Shown: positions 20,555 through 31,670, counted from the first letter of the stretch. The stretch: 64,000 nt of DNA from an uncultured Actinomycetes bacterium (GCA_963725665.1 CAVRZA010000008.1:197330-261329); one strand, 5' to 3'. Notes: generated by a model from the letters alone, not told the origin. Numbers and translations are program-made.

Positions 20555-21082
20555 GTACTGCACCAAGCTCAGCAGGTCGTACCCAGGAAGCTTGTCGCGG
20601 CCGCGCAGGTCGACGAGCTCGACGATGAAGGCGAGCCCCACGACCACGCCGCCGAGGCGCTCGACCAGCTCGCACTTGGCCTTGGCCGTCCCCCCCGTCG
20701 CCAGCAGGTCGTCGTGGACCAGCACGCGCATGCCGGGCTTGATCGCGTCTTCGTGCATCTCGAGACTGTCGGTGCCGTACTCGAGGGCGTACTCGGCGGA
20801 GATCGTCTTCCACGGGAGCTTGCCGGGCTTGCGCGCCGGCGCGAAGCCGATGCCGAGCTTGTAGGCCATCGCGGCGCCGAGTATGAAGCCCCGCGACTCG
20901 GCGCCGACGATCAGCTCGGCGTCCTTGCTCTGCGCGTAGTCGGCGAGCTTGTCGACGGCGAAGCGCAGCGCCTCGGCGTCGAGGAGCAGAGGCGTGATGT
21001 CCCGGAAGAGGATCCCCTCCTTGGGGAAGTCGGGGATGGCCCGAATCTTGCCCGCGATGTCTACTGCAGCCCTCTGCTCCAT
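20552..21082 (-). CDS. apt: Adenine phosphoribosyltransferase
   Basis: IPDFPKEGILFRDI, ESRGF, RKPGKLP, DDLLATGGT. Confidence 0.97.
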   Translation of the reverse strand: MEQRAAVDIAGKIRAIPDFPKEGILFRDITPLLLDAEALRFAVDKLADYAQSKDAELIVGAESRGFILGAAMAYKLGIGFAPARKPGKLPWKTISAEYALEYGTDSLEMHEDAIKPGMRVLVHDDLLATGGTAKAKCELVERLGGVVVGLAFIVELVDLRGRDKLPGYDLLSLVQY

Positions 21083-21101
21083 GCCTTTGTCGCCCTCCGC
21101 C

Positions 21102-21830
21102 TCAGTGCCCCTGGGTGCCCACCGTGCGACGTATGTTCTTCGTCAGCAGCAGCTGCTGCAGCTGCGAGGTCGCCTGCACGATCTCCTCGAGTGAGTCGAG
21201 CGCCTCGCGACGGCGCTCCGGCCGCCGCGAGCGCAGCGCGGGCAGAAGAAGCTGCTCGATCAGGCCCCACTCCCTGTCGATCGAGCTCTTGAGGGCGCGC
21301 AGGTTCTTCGGTCGCAGACCCGCCGCGGCGAGCTGCTGCGCCGTCGCGATGATGGCGGCGTCGGTCTCGGCGTAGCGCTTCACGCCGCCGACCTGACGCG
21401 TGCTCACGAGCTCGTAGTCCTCGAGCTCGTCGAGAAGCCCGCCGTCGGCGCCGGTCATCTCGCGGATCTCCTCGGAGGAGTACTCGCGCTCCTCGCCGGA
21501 GGGCACGAAATCGGCCTTGCGCAGACCGGTGCGCGCCGGAGTCGGAACGGCCGCTGCGGGTCGCTCCAGCTCGCGCCGGATCACCTTCAGCGGCAGGTAC
21601 TCGTCGCGCTGCAGTGAGAGCACGCGCACCAGCCGCCGGTAGTCCTCGGGCGAGAAGAGGCGATAGCCTCCTTTGGTGCGCCGCGGCGAGATGAGGCGCT
21701 GCTCCTCGAGATAGCGCAGCTTGCTGACCGTCACGTCGGGGAACTCGTCCCTCAGGCGGTCGACGACAGCGCCGATCGTCATCAACCTGTCGTCGCCGAT
21801 ATCGAACAGGAGCTCGGTCTTCTCGCTCAC
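21102..21830 (-). CDS. MerR-family regulator (FtsR/Rv1828-like)
   Basis: MTIGAVVDRLRDEFPDVTVSKLRYLE..RTKGGYRLF..YLPLKVIR; follows FHA gene. Confidence 0.88.
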   Translation of the reverse strand: MSEKTELLFDIGDDRLMTIGAVVDRLRDEFPDVTVSKLRYLEEQRLISPRRTKGGYRLFSPEDYRRLVRVLSLQRDEYLPLKVIRRELERPAAAVPTPARTGLRKADFVPSGEEREYSSEEIREMTGADGGLLDELEDYELVSTRQVGGVKRYAETDAAIIATAQQLAAAGLRPKNLRALKSSIDREWGLIEQLLLPALRSRRPERRREALDSLEEIVQATSQLQQLLLTKNIRRTVGTQGH

Positions 21831-22279
21831 GGGGTGATGAAGGTGAACTTGTACTTGCCGATCTGCACGTCGTCGCCGTCGAGAAGCGAGTGGCGGTCCG
21901 CTCGCCGCCGGTTCACGTAGGTGCCGTTGAGACTGCCCTCGTCGGTGAGCACGTAGTCGCCGTCGGTCACCGTCACGACGGCGTGGTTGCGTGAGACGGT
22001 GACGTCGTCGAGGAAGATGTCGGAGTCGGGGTGGCGACCGATGGTAGTGCGCGGCTTGACCAGCGCGTAGGTTTCGCCCGCCCTGCCGCCACCGCTCCTT
22101 ATGACAAGGGTCGGGCGCTCGAGCACGAGCTCGCTCAGCGACTGCGCCTCGTGCTCCTCGTCACCGAGTGAGAAGCTGGCGGTGGTCTGCCCCTCCTCCT
22201 CCGTGAGAAGCCGGGTGCCGCAGCGAGCGCAGTAGTTCACGCCCTCCGAGTTCTTGAAGCCGCAGTTCGGGCAGAACAT
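21827..22279 (-). CDS. Zinc-ribbon + FHA domain protein (GarA/OdhI-like)
   Basis: CPNCG..CARCG; IGRHPDSDIFLDDVTVSRNHA, GSLNGTYVN. Confidence 0.92.
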   Translation of the reverse strand: MFCPNCGFKNSEGVNYCARCGTRLLTEEEGQTTASFSLGDEEHEAQSLSELVLERPTLVIRSGGGRAGETYALVKPRTTIGRHPDSDIFLDDVTVSRNHAVVTVTDGDYVLTDEGSLNGTYVNRRRADRHSLLDGDDVQIGKYKFTFITP

Positions 22280-22293
22280 GCGCGCCGGCGCCT

Positions 22294-22581
22294 TCAGTCC
22301 TTGGGCTCGGAATCGGACTCGCCGGTCTCGGGCTCGCCCCCGAAGGGCCCCTTGCCAGCGAGGATCTCGGAGAGGCGCTCCAGATCGTCCCCGGAGATGA
22401 TGGACTTGCCTTCCCCGTGCTGGCGCTGCAGCCGAAGCACGAGCTCCGCGCGGAGGATGTCGATCTTGCCCTGCAGGATGCGTCGCCGCTGGGAGATCTC
22501 GCGCTCCTCCGCGACGAGCTCGTTGATCATGGTCTTGAGCTCGCCGTCTGAGAGCGAGACGAGGTCGACGATGTCGTCCAT
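22294..22581 (-). CDS. rsiG: Single-motif RsiG-like c-di-GMP-binding anti-sigma factor
   Basis: EREISQRRRILQGKID = exact E-X3-S-X2-R-X3-Q-X3-D motif followed by ILRAEL; one copy only. Confidence 0.85.
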   Translation of the reverse strand: MDDIVDLVSLSDGELKTMINELVAEEREISQRRRILQGKIDILRAELVLRLQRQHGEGKSIISGDDLERLSEILAGKGPFGGEPETGESDSEPKD

Positions 22582-22615
22582 CGGGGTTGCCTCCCGGTCG
22601 GTCGAAGAGGACATA

Positions 22616-22656
22616 GACTACCGGACCCAGAGTCAACCTTCAAGTTGACCTTGAGG
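22616..22656 (-). promoter_or_regulatory. Promoter with overlapping dyad (possible MerR-type operator)
   Basis: Minus strand TTGAAG-N17-TAGTCT; dyad GTCAAC-CTTCAA-GTTGAC at 22632-22649. Confidence 0.55.
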
Positions 22657-22745
22657 CCGCGCGGAGTGACCGCCCAAGTGACCGTCGCGGCCGTCCTCGG
22701 CCTACGGGCGTTCGGTCGCCCAGGGCGGTCGCTGCGACACTCGTC

Positions 22746-23349
22746 CTACGGTGGCTCGGTCGCCGCGGGCGGACCCGTCGGCGGCAGCGGAGGCTGCCCC
22801 GTTTCGGCTTCGCGTGCGGCGACGCGCACCACGCCGCGCTCCACGAGTCGCAAGAGCGCGCGCAGCGCGTCGTACTCGTCGGCCAGACCCTCGAGCAGCA
22901 TGCCGGCGACGATGTCGCCGACATCGCGCGCTCCGGGCCCGAGGTAGCCCAGAATCCTCTTCTCGACCGCGTCGTCGGACTCGCCGCCGATGAACGTGGC
23001 GCGGCTCGTCGCCGGCAGCGCGTCGCGCAGCCTGAACACTTCGTCGACACGCCGCATGCCCTCCATGAGCAGGGACGCCGGTGGGCAGGTCGAGCGTCTC
23101 CTCCCCGGGGTCGGCCTCGGTGTCGAAGGAGAACGAGCCCTCACGAAAGGCGAGCACGGCGTAGAAGGCTCGCTCGCCCCGCAGCGCGCCGGCGCTGGCG
23201 TTGATGAGCCGTCCGGCCTTGAACGAGAGCGTCGCGGCCGCCTCTCCGTCGCCGCCGATGATCTGGAGCCGGCCGGACTTGCCGCCCAGCGAGATGACCT
23301 CTATGAGATCCGAGAGCGCCAGCTCCGACAACGTGCCTTTGAGACTCAA
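22746..23349 (-). CDS. DUF4388 (PATAN-like) domain protein, frameshift ~23080
   Basis: LKGTLSELALSDLIEVI..KSGRL..EGSFSF then SLLMEGMRRVDE in the adjacent frame. Confidence 0.8.
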
Positions 23350-23557
23350 GGGGCCAGCCTTCCTCCCGAGGGCGTCGAGTCGCGTGGGATGGTATCACAC
23401 GACCCCGCGCACAGTTGGTCTCCCACTCGCGCTTGCGAGCAGGGCTAATGGTGGCCGCACCGACGGTCGATACAAGCTAGGCAGGGCGCTGCCCGGCCGG
23501 GCAACGCCGTAGTGTATACTCCCGCGTGGTGCGGGCGCGGCAATACGAGGAGTCGGC

Positions 23558-24070
23558 GTGGCCAAGCGCAAGGGTCTCGTCATCAACGATCGTCAACTCG
23601 ACCTCTGCGACGACCTCCTGCGCAAGCTCAAGGAGGTCTCCGGATCGACTTTCCTCGCCCTCATCTCGACCTCCGGACAGCCCATCACGACGGCCTCCGA
23701 CGACTACCATCCCGAGACGCTCTCGCTGGCCTCGCTCGCGGCCGGCTCCTTCGCCGCGACGCAGCAGCTCGCCAGCATCCTCGACGAGAAGGAGTTCACG
23801 CTCCTCTTCCACGAGGGCAAGAACTCGAACCTGCACGTGTCGCAGGTCTCCGACCAGGTGCTGCTCATCGTCACCTTCGGGCGCGACACGCAAGTGGGCA
23901 AGGTCCGCCTCTACACGCAGCGGGCGGTCGACATCCTCAGGCCGATCTTCGAGAACCCCGACGAAGAGAACGATTCGCTGCACGTTGACGAGGACTACGA
24001 AGCCTCAGCCGGCAAGATGATCGACGACCTCTTCGCTGACGTAGAAGGGGAGGCGGATGCCGCTCATTAA
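23558..24070 (+). CDS. mglB: Roadblock/LC7 protein MglB
   Basis: LASLAAGSFAATQQLA..EFTLLFHEG; directly upstream of mglA. Confidence 0.88.
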   Translation: MAKRKGLVINDRQLDLCDDLLRKLKEVSGSTFLALISTSGQPITTASDDYHPETLSLASLAAGSFAATQQLASILDEKEFTLLFHEGKNSNLHVSQVSDQVLLIVTFGRDTQVGKVRLYTQRAVDILRPIFENPDEENDSLHVDEDYEASAGKMIDDLFADVEGEADAAH

Positions 24071-24635
24071 CTTCGCCGCCCGCGAGATCAACTACAAGAT
24101 CGTCTACTACGGTTGCGGGCTCTGCGGCAAGACCACCAACATCCAGTACATCCACCGCAAGATCAACCCGCAGGCGCGCGGCAAGCTGGTCTCGATCGCC
24201 ACTGAGGAAGAGCGCACCCTGTACTTCGACTTTCTGCCCTTGAGCCTCGGCACCGTCAAAGGCATGCAGACGCGCTTCCACCTCTACACCGTGCCCGGAC
24301 AGAGCTACTACAACGCCAGCCGCAAGCTGGTGCTGCAGGGCGTCGACGGCATCATCTTCGTCGCCGACTCGCAGATCACCCGCCTCGACGAGAACGTCGA
24401 GAGCTACCTCAACCTCTGGGACAACCTGCTCGCCCAGGGCGACGATCTGACGAAGCTCGGCTTCGTCGTCCAGATGAACAAACGCGACCTCTCCGACGTG
24501 TTCTCGATCGAGGACCTCAACGAGCTCCTCAACCACACGGGCTCCGCCGTGACCGAGGCTTGCGCGGTCAGCGGCTTGGGCGTTTTCGAGACGCTCAAGA
24601 TCGTCTGCAAGCAGGTCATCGCCAAGACGGCCTAG
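24057..24635 (+). CDS. mglA: MglA small GTPase (Myxococcus-type)
   Basis: KIVYYGCGLCGKTTN, ERTLYFDFLP, YTVPGQ, VADSQ, NKRD. Confidence 0.95.
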   Translation: MPLINFAAREINYKIVYYGCGLCGKTTNIQYIHRKINPQARGKLVSIATEEERTLYFDFLPLSLGTVKGMQTRFHLYTVPGQSYYNASRKLVLQGVDGIIFVADSQITRLDENVESYLNLWDNLLAQGDDLTKLGFVVQMNKRDLSDVFSIEDLNELLNHTGSAVTEACAVSGLGVFETLKIVCKQVIAKTA

Positions 24636-24675
24636 CTCGCGGTAGCCCGGCCGTCTGGCTGTCTCACTGAGCACG

Positions 24676-26040
24676 GTGGGTAGCCTGAAGAGCCTCATAC
24701 CTCCGGCATCCCCACGCGCATGGACGGTGCTCGCGGGCGACGCGATCGCGCACGCGGGCTTCGGGCTGGTCTTTCCCTTCCTCGTCATCTACCCGAGCCA
24801 GGGTCGCGGTCTGAGTCTCTCACTGGCCGGACTCTGCCTGGGCGTGCTGGCGCTGGGAGACTTCGCCGCAGGGCCGGTCGCCGGCGCCATCGCCGATCGC
24901 GTCGGGGCGCGACGCGTCCTGATCGCCAGCGTGGTCCTCACGGGGTGTCGACGGCCGCGCTCTCCCTCGTGGGGGCCGCTTGGCAGGCGCTCGTCGTAAG
25001 CCTCCTCATCGGACTGGGCGCAGCCGGCATCCACCCCTCCATGAACGCCGTGCTGGCGACCTCGGTGACGGCGGCGCGTCGCTCCAACGTCTTCGCCCTC
25101 GAGCACGCTGTCGGTAACGCGGGGTTCGGCGCGGGGGCGATCATCGGCGGCCTCGCCGGCGACGTCTCGCACCCGCGCAGCTTCGTGGTCCTGTTCGTCG
25201 GCGCCGGCCTGGCGCTGGGCGTGTGGGCGTTGCTCTTGGTGAGGATGGGGGGGCGAGCCCGCCACAGCTGCGCCCGATCACGAGCCGGGCATGAGCCCTG
25301 CCGGTATTGGCGCTGACGCTGCGGCGAGCGAGCGGTCGGCTGCGACGGCGCCGCGGCCCGTCGTCAAGACGGGCTACCGCGCCGTCGTAGCCGACCGCGT
25401 CCTCGTGCGCGTGTTGGCGATCGTGGCCCTGCTGGTCGCCGTCTCCGGCGCGCAGCTCGACGCGGCCTTCCCGATGTACGCGACGACGAGCGCCGGCGTC
25501 GGTACGCGGGTCATCGGCATCGCCTTCGCCGCGAACACGCTTACCGTCGTCCTCTTGCAGCTGGTCGTGCTGCACAAGCTGCGCGGCCGACGCCGCACAC
25601 GCGCTCTGATGATCACCTGCCTGCTGTCGGCCGTCTGTTGGCTCCTCACGCTGCTGGCCGGACACGTGGGCGGTGGCGCTCCGGCCGCCGCCGCGCTCAT
25701 CCTGGCACTCGTCGTGGTCGGTATCGGCGAGACGTTCTGGTCGCCGAGCACGCCGGGCATCGTGAACGACCTCGCGCCGGACCGGCTGCGGGCACGCTAC
25801 AACGCGATGTTGGGCTTCGCCGACGCCGGCGGCGCCCTCATCGGACCCCCGCTTGCCGGCCTGGTCATCGGCGCCGGCGTCGGCGGGCCATTCCTAATCG
25901 CCATCGCCGTGGCCTGCGTGCTCACCGTCCTGGCCGTGCGGAACCTCGAGCGTGTGTTGCCCCACGCCGCGAACATCGTCGGAGGCGAGGAGGCGGTACG
26001 GGCGACCGCCGTTGCTGAGCCGCTCTCCCCCACGCTCTAA
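24676..26040 (+). CDS. MFS transporter, two frameshifts (~24945, ~25260)
   Basis: GAIADRVGARR motif A; TM-rich segments split over three ORFs. Confidence 0.8.
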
Positions 26041-26143
26041 GGATCACGCGCGCTCGCGAGCGGCCGCCCTCATCGTCCGTGTGCGGCCACTCCGACGGCC
26101 ACGCGCGCGGGCCACTGACGACACGCTCCCGTGTCGCTGTCGC

Positions 26144-26695
26144 TCAGCGGAGAAACTTCGACACGAAGGGCGAGGTCTCGCCGCGACGCAGGTAGTGACC
26201 CGAGGGCCCCTCGCCGAGGAACTCCGAGAACCAGGACTCGTGCTCGATCTCCTCGTGCAGGATCGAGAGTGACAGGTCGTAGGTTCGGTGATCCTTGCCG
26301 GCGGTCAGGTTGCAGATCTGCGTGTAGCCTTTGACGGCGCAGCGCTCGGCGTTGACCAACACTGTCAGCATCGCCGTGATGTCGGTGGGATCTTCGGGCA
26401 GCGCTGCCGGCGGGCAGGCCGACTGGTCGTGGAACTCGTTCATGTGGCCCGGCAACGCACCGCCCAGCTCGTAGATGCGCGGCACCAGCGCCTCGAAGTG
26501 GTTGCGATCTTCGATGCGAGCCGTCTCGGCGATCTCCTTGATGCCCTCGCCCTCGAGACCGATGAGGTTCACCCTGAGGATGGTGTAGTAGTAGAAGGTA
26601 GTGAGCTCCGCACCGGCGTTCGCGACCAGCAGCCTGACCACATGATCGACGTCGACTCCGGCCTTCTCCACCATCTCGCGCGCGACCTTGGCCAT
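26144..26695 (-). CDS. DPS-like (DPSL) ferritin-family protein
   Basis: AELTTFYYY, EDRNHFE, ERCA, EEIEHE diiron ligands plus Cys pair. Confidence 0.88.
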   Translation of the reverse strand: MAKVAREMVEKAGVDVDHVVRLLVANAGAELTTFYYYTILRVNLIGLEGEGIKEIAETARIEDRNHFEALVPRIYELGGALPGHMNEFHDQSACPPAALPEDPTDITAMLTVLVNAERCAVKGYTQICNLTAGKDHRTYDLSLSILHEEIEHESWFSEFLGEGPSGHYLRRGETSPFVSKFLR

Positions 26696-26961
26696 CGTGG
26701 GCCTCCTTTCGTAGTCATGGTTTCTCCCGTGTTATGCCCGGAGCGCCAGTCGCGCACCCGCCCACCTCGACCGCGCTCGTCGCGTCCCGGCGCCCGTGGG
26801 CGACGCGTGTCGTTGCCATCTGCGACGAACGAGTCATCGTCAACGGCCGCTGAGCAGCGAGATCCAGCCGCCCGCTGGCCTGCCATCGTTACTCCGACAG
26901 GCGAGCAGTGCAGTGCGACGCGCGCGACGCGCAGCGACGCGGCCCTCAACGTGCAGAGCCG

Positions 26962-28692
26962 TCAGCGCGTGCCGACGCGCTTGATCCAGTCCTTGGGAGC
27001 GTAGGTCGAGGCGAACGTGTCCTTGAAGAGCGTGCGGCTGCCCTCGGAGACTGTGCGCGTGACCCGCACCGAGCGACCCGGAGCGCCCCGCTCCCAGGTG
27101 ATGATGCCGCGCGAGAGCTGGTCGTCGTAGATCACGCGCGGCGAGGTCTTGCTGCTCGCCGGAGGGCGCAGGTCGTAGAACGCGCTCGTCTTGTAGGTGA
27201 CGGTGCGGTGAGCGTTGCCGACGATGACCACCGTGAGCTCTCCGTGCCTGGCCCAGGAGCGCACCATGAGGGCGCTGCCGGTGTCGTTGCGGAACTTGAG
27301 GTCGTTGGCGCCCCAGGCGACCGTCGCGTCGCGCCCGATGGGATAGTGGTCGATGTAGAGCGCGTGCGGATGGCGCTCGCTGACCGGCAGGCCGTAGAAG
27401 AAGACGGCGTTGAAAAGCGTGGTGGCGAACTGGCAGATCCCACCGCCGACACCCTGGCGGTAGACGCCTCCCGAGATGATCGGGGCGTAGTCGAAGCCGC
27501 GGTTGGTGGTTCGCGGGCCCAGGGTCGCGTTGAGCGAGAACTCCTCACCGGCCTTCACGATCGTGCCGTCGACGATCTTGGCGGCCAGGGCGATGTTCTG
27601 CGCGCGGTTGTGGTTGTCGGGATCGAAGTAGGTCGAGAAACGCGAGCCGACGGCGTCGAGGCCGTCCATCAGCAGAAGGTCGGTGCTGACGCGCGGCTGC
27701 ACAGGGCCAAGAGCCACGACGACGGTGCGCAGGCCGTCCTGCGTCGCGGCGTCGTCCATATCGGAGAGGAGCCGCTGCATATCGAGCATGAAGCCGTCCC
27801 TGCTGCGTGTGACGCGCGCCTCCTCGCCCTTGAAGACGATGTGCGCGTCGACCGGCGGTGTCTCGGCGAAGGCGAAGAGGCGATGGAGCTCGCGGCGGGC
27901 CGCCGCGTTGTCGAAGGTAAGCGGGTACTCGACGGCGTCGTCGCCGCTGTTGACGCTCAGCATGCCGGCGAGGCGGCCCGGCGCGAGCTCGATGCGCCGC
28001 CCCCGGTAGCGCAGGACGATGGACCGGCTCAGGTAGGTGTCGGCCTGCTCGGCTGCGAGCCGCGCCTGTTCGGTCGTCACCGCCGGCTGAGCCGCCGCCA
28101 GCGGCACCGGCCCGTTGTATTGGCGCAACCTGAGCAAGGAGTCGCTGAGCAGGCGCGCGAAGGCTTGGCGGTCTATCGTCGCACCTTCACGCGCCGCTCG
28201 CACGCGCACCCGCTCCCCGTCGAGCACGAGCGCGGCGTTGCGCGGCGGCGTGTCGACGAGCGGCCGCAGCTTCGCGACGGCCGCTCCGAACACCGCCGCG
28301 TCGAAACGCACGACCGGCTCGACCTGCGGTGTCCGCAGAACGTACAGTCTCAGCCCGAGCACGTTGAGCCGGCCGCCGTCGACGGCTGCGTCGACGGTGG
28401 CCGGCACGTCGACCTTCAGCCCGAGGTCGGAGAGCTTCATCTTGACCACGCCCTTGCGCGTGACGAGCGTCGCCGTTGCGGTGCCCATGAGCTCCTGCGC
28501 GCGCGCCAGCCGGCGTGCGGCCTCGGTGCGCGACGCCCCCGAGACGCAGAAGCCGGCGACCTTCGCGCCGTAGGCGACGCGGTCGTGCATCACGACCTGC
28601 AGCCAGCCGAAGAGGCCGACGCAGACCAGGATGACGACCACCGAGACGAGGATCCTCCACCCACGCCAGGTGGACGGCAGTCGCAGACGCAC
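26962..28692 (-). CDS. VanW family protein with peptidoglycan-binding repeats
   Basis: N-terminal TM; FSLNATLG, GVGGGICQFATTLFNA, ERHPH, GRDATV, DLKFRN. Confidence 0.88.
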   Translation of the reverse strand: MRLRLPSTWRGWRILVSVVVILVCVGLFGWLQVVMHDRVAYGAKVAGFCVSGASRTEAARRLARAQELMGTATATLVTRKGVVKMKLSDLGLKVDVPATVDAAVDGGRLNVLGLRLYVLRTPQVEPVVRFDAAVFGAAVAKLRPLVDTPPRNAALVLDGERVRVRAAREGATIDRQAFARLLSDSLLRLRQYNGPVPLAAAQPAVTTEQARLAAEQADTYLSRSIVLRYRGRRIELAPGRLAGMLSVNSGDDAVEYPLTFDNAAARRELHRLFAFAETPPVDAHIVFKGEEARVTRSRDGFMLDMQRLLSDMDDAATQDGLRTVVVALGPVQPRVSTDLLLMDGLDAVGSRFSTYFDPDNHNRAQNIALAAKIVDGTIVKAGEEFSLNATLGPRTTNRGFDYAPIISGGVYRQGVGGGICQFATTLFNAVFFYGLPVSERHPHALYIDHYPIGRDATVAWGANDLKFRNDTGSALMVRSWARHGELTVVIVGNAHRTVTYKTSAFYDLRPPASSKTSPRVIYDDQLSRGIITWERGAPGRSVRVTRTVSEGSRTLFKDTFASTYAPKDWIKRVGTR

Positions 28693-28882
28693 CGGGCAAG
28701 CTCCCTGCAGAGGCTTTCCGCACGCGCGGCCGCGCGGCCGCGGGCGGCGGTCGAAGACGTTATCGGCGCGGACAACGGGCCGCTTTACAGGGGCCGACGC
28801 CCTCCGTCCTCAGCAGAGACGATTCGCGGGAGTGATGTCCTCCTGGCGGCTATCCCTCCGCAGCCAACGCCCGGCGGTGGTC

Positions 28883-31409
28883 CTACTCCCGGTTCTCCTC
28901 GATCACGCGGCGTACCTGACGCACGAAACGGTCGGCCATCTTCTCGCTCTCGAGCGGGTCGTTGCCCTCGGCGTAGATGTGGAAGACGGCCTCGTCGGCG
29001 TCGGGCAGGATCTGGGCCCAGCTACCGTTCTGGAACACCTTGATGCCGTCGAGCAGGCTGATCTTGCCCTTGCCGTCCTTCTGCACCTTCTGCAGACGCT
29101 CGGTCACGGTGCGCATCACGGTGCCCTTCAGCGACCAGGGACAGCCCACCGTCTTGTGCACCAGCGTGCTCGTCGGCAGCTCGGCGATCTGCTCCGAGAG
29201 CGTCTGCGCGTGCGGCGCCAGCAGCTCGAGGAGCTTGCCGAAGCTCATGATGGCGTCGAAGCCGGGCAGGAACTTGGGAAAGATGTAGCCGCCGCTCATC
29301 GTGCCGGCGAAGATCACGCCGCGCGCCGTCGAGGCGTCCATGAGGGCCGGCAGCGAGACCTTGGTGCGTTCGATCGCGACGCCGAACGGCGTCGCGATCT
29401 CCTCCGCCAGCCTCGTGACCGTGAGCGGCAGGGCGATCTTCTGTCCCTTCTTCGCCTCCTGCGAGACCAGCTTCACGAACAGCAGCAGCGCCTTCTCGAG
29501 CGGTATCTCCTCGCCCCTCTCGTCTACGATGTACATGCGCTCCGCGCCGGGTTCCAGGATGACTCCGAGATCGGCGCCCATGACCTTCACCAGGCGGCGC
29601 ACGCCCATGATGTTGCCGCCCAGCTCCTGCGAGCCCACCGCCGTGCGCATCTCGTCGGTGAAGGCGTGCAGCGAGAGCACCTCGGCGTTGAGCTTGCCGA
29701 GGACGTTGGGCAGGATCAGCGCCGCCGGCGAGTACGAGTAGTCGATGACGAGGCGATAGGCGCGGTTGCGGATGCGCTCCACGTCCCACGAGCTCGTCAG
29801 CCCACCGCACGTACAGCTCGCTCGAGCGCGAGGGGAACTGGATCTCCCCCACCTCGGTGTAGAAGGCGCGCCGGTAGTCCTGGCGGCCGTAGTACTTCTC
29901 GATGTCCTTCTGCGTCTTCTCGGTGATGGGGATGCCGGGAGGCTCGAAGAGCTGGATCTGCAGGATCTCAGGATCCCAGGACGAGACGCGCACGTGGATG
30001 CCCCCCTGCGCGTTGCCGCTCTTGATCTCGAAGCGGTTGACGGCCGCGGAGCTGACGCGCAGATCGCGCACGTTGACGCCGGTCGCGTTGAGGCCGCTGA
30101 TCATGGCTCGCTTGGTGATCCGCGAGGCCGGGTGCGGGTCGCGGCTGGTGACCACCTTGGCGCCTTTCGGGAGTGCCGTGCCGTACGCCTGCGCCACCTT
30201 CAGGGCCAGCTCGGGTGTGATGTCGACGTTGATGAGACCGACCACCCCGTCCTTGCCGAAGAGGCGCGACGTGCCGCGCGACTCCCAGATGATGCTGGAG
30301 TGGATCTGCGCTCCCGACTCCACCGTCTTGAAGGGATAGATCTTGACGTCGGGCGAGATGACGGCCTGCTCGCCGATCACGCACTCGTCACCGATCGCCG
30401 CGCCCTCGCTGATGGTGACCCCGGCGTTGATGTCGCAGTTCTTGCCGATGATTGCGCCGTAGATCTTCGTACCATTACCGATATAGACATTGGAGTCGAT
30501 CACCGAGAAGCGCGTCTCGGCGTGGCCCTTCACAACGACGTTGCTGCCCAGCACCGAGTAGGGCGCGATGCGCGCGTCGCGGTCGATCTTGGCGTAGTTG
30601 CCGATCAGCGCCGGCCCCGTCACGTTGTCGAGCGAGTCGACGTTGACGTTCTCGCCGATCCAGACGTTCTCGCCGAGGCGGATGCCGGGGATGTTGGCCT
30701 CGACCTTGCCGTCGAGCACGTCGCGGTTGGCGGCCAGATACTGCTGCAGGTTACCGATGTCCTGCCAGTAGCCGTCGACGACGGAGCCGTAGAGCGGCTT
30801 GCCGAGCTCGAGGAGCTTGGGGAAGAGCTCCTGGCTGAAGTCGTACTGCTGCCCCGCCGGGATGTACTTGAAGATCTCGGGCTCGAGCACGTAGACGCCG
30901 GTGTTGACCGTGTCGGAGAAGACCTGCCCCCACGTCGGCTTCTCGAGGAAGCGCTCGATGCGCCCCTCGTCGTCGATGACGACCACCCCGAAGTCGAGCG
31001 GGTTCTCGACGCGTTTGAGGGCGATGGTCACCATGGCGCCACGACGCTTGTGCTCGTTGACGATGGCGCTGAGGTCGAAGTCGGTGAGGGCGTCGCCCGA
31101 GATGACGATGAACGTCTCCCCCAGCTCGGCTTCGGCGTTCTTGACGCTCCCCGCCGTGCCCAGCGGCTGCTGCTCGACCGAGTAGCTCAGGTTGACACCC
31201 AGCGTCTCGCCGTCGCCGAAGTAGCCGCGGATGATCTTGGGTAGGAAGGCCACGGTGACGACGACGTCGTCGATGCCGTGGCGCTTGAGGAGCTCGATGA
31301 TGTGCTCCATGCAGGGCTTGTTGCAGACGGGCACCATCGGCTTGGGCTGGTTGCTCGTGAGCGGACGCAGGCGCGTCCCCTCTCCCCCGGCCATGACTAC
31401 GGCTCGCAT
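28883..31409 (-). CDS. Mannose-1-phosphate guanylyltransferase / phosphomannomutase-like fusion, frameshift ~29800
   Basis: [18 protein letters not shown], hexapeptide repeats, LFGKDG PMM-like region continuing in ORF 28883-29782. Confidence 0.9.
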
Positions 31410-31670
31410 ACGCCTCACCTTCGTCGCGACGGGCTGACTCGCCGGCTTCGAGCTCCCCACCACGCTGGAGCTCACTCGCCGGCGCCGATGGCCGTCGTCG
31501 CGCGACGACCGCGTACTATCGTCGCAGCGCCCGTCGGCCGTGTCGGCGAATGGCCACAGACGACATGGTTCTGACGAACTGTGGCCTGTCCCAAACAATA
31601 CCAGAAAGGGAACAGCGGCCGACCGCCGCCAAAGGAGTTCGCGGTTGTCGATTCGCGTTTCGGCGGAGGC

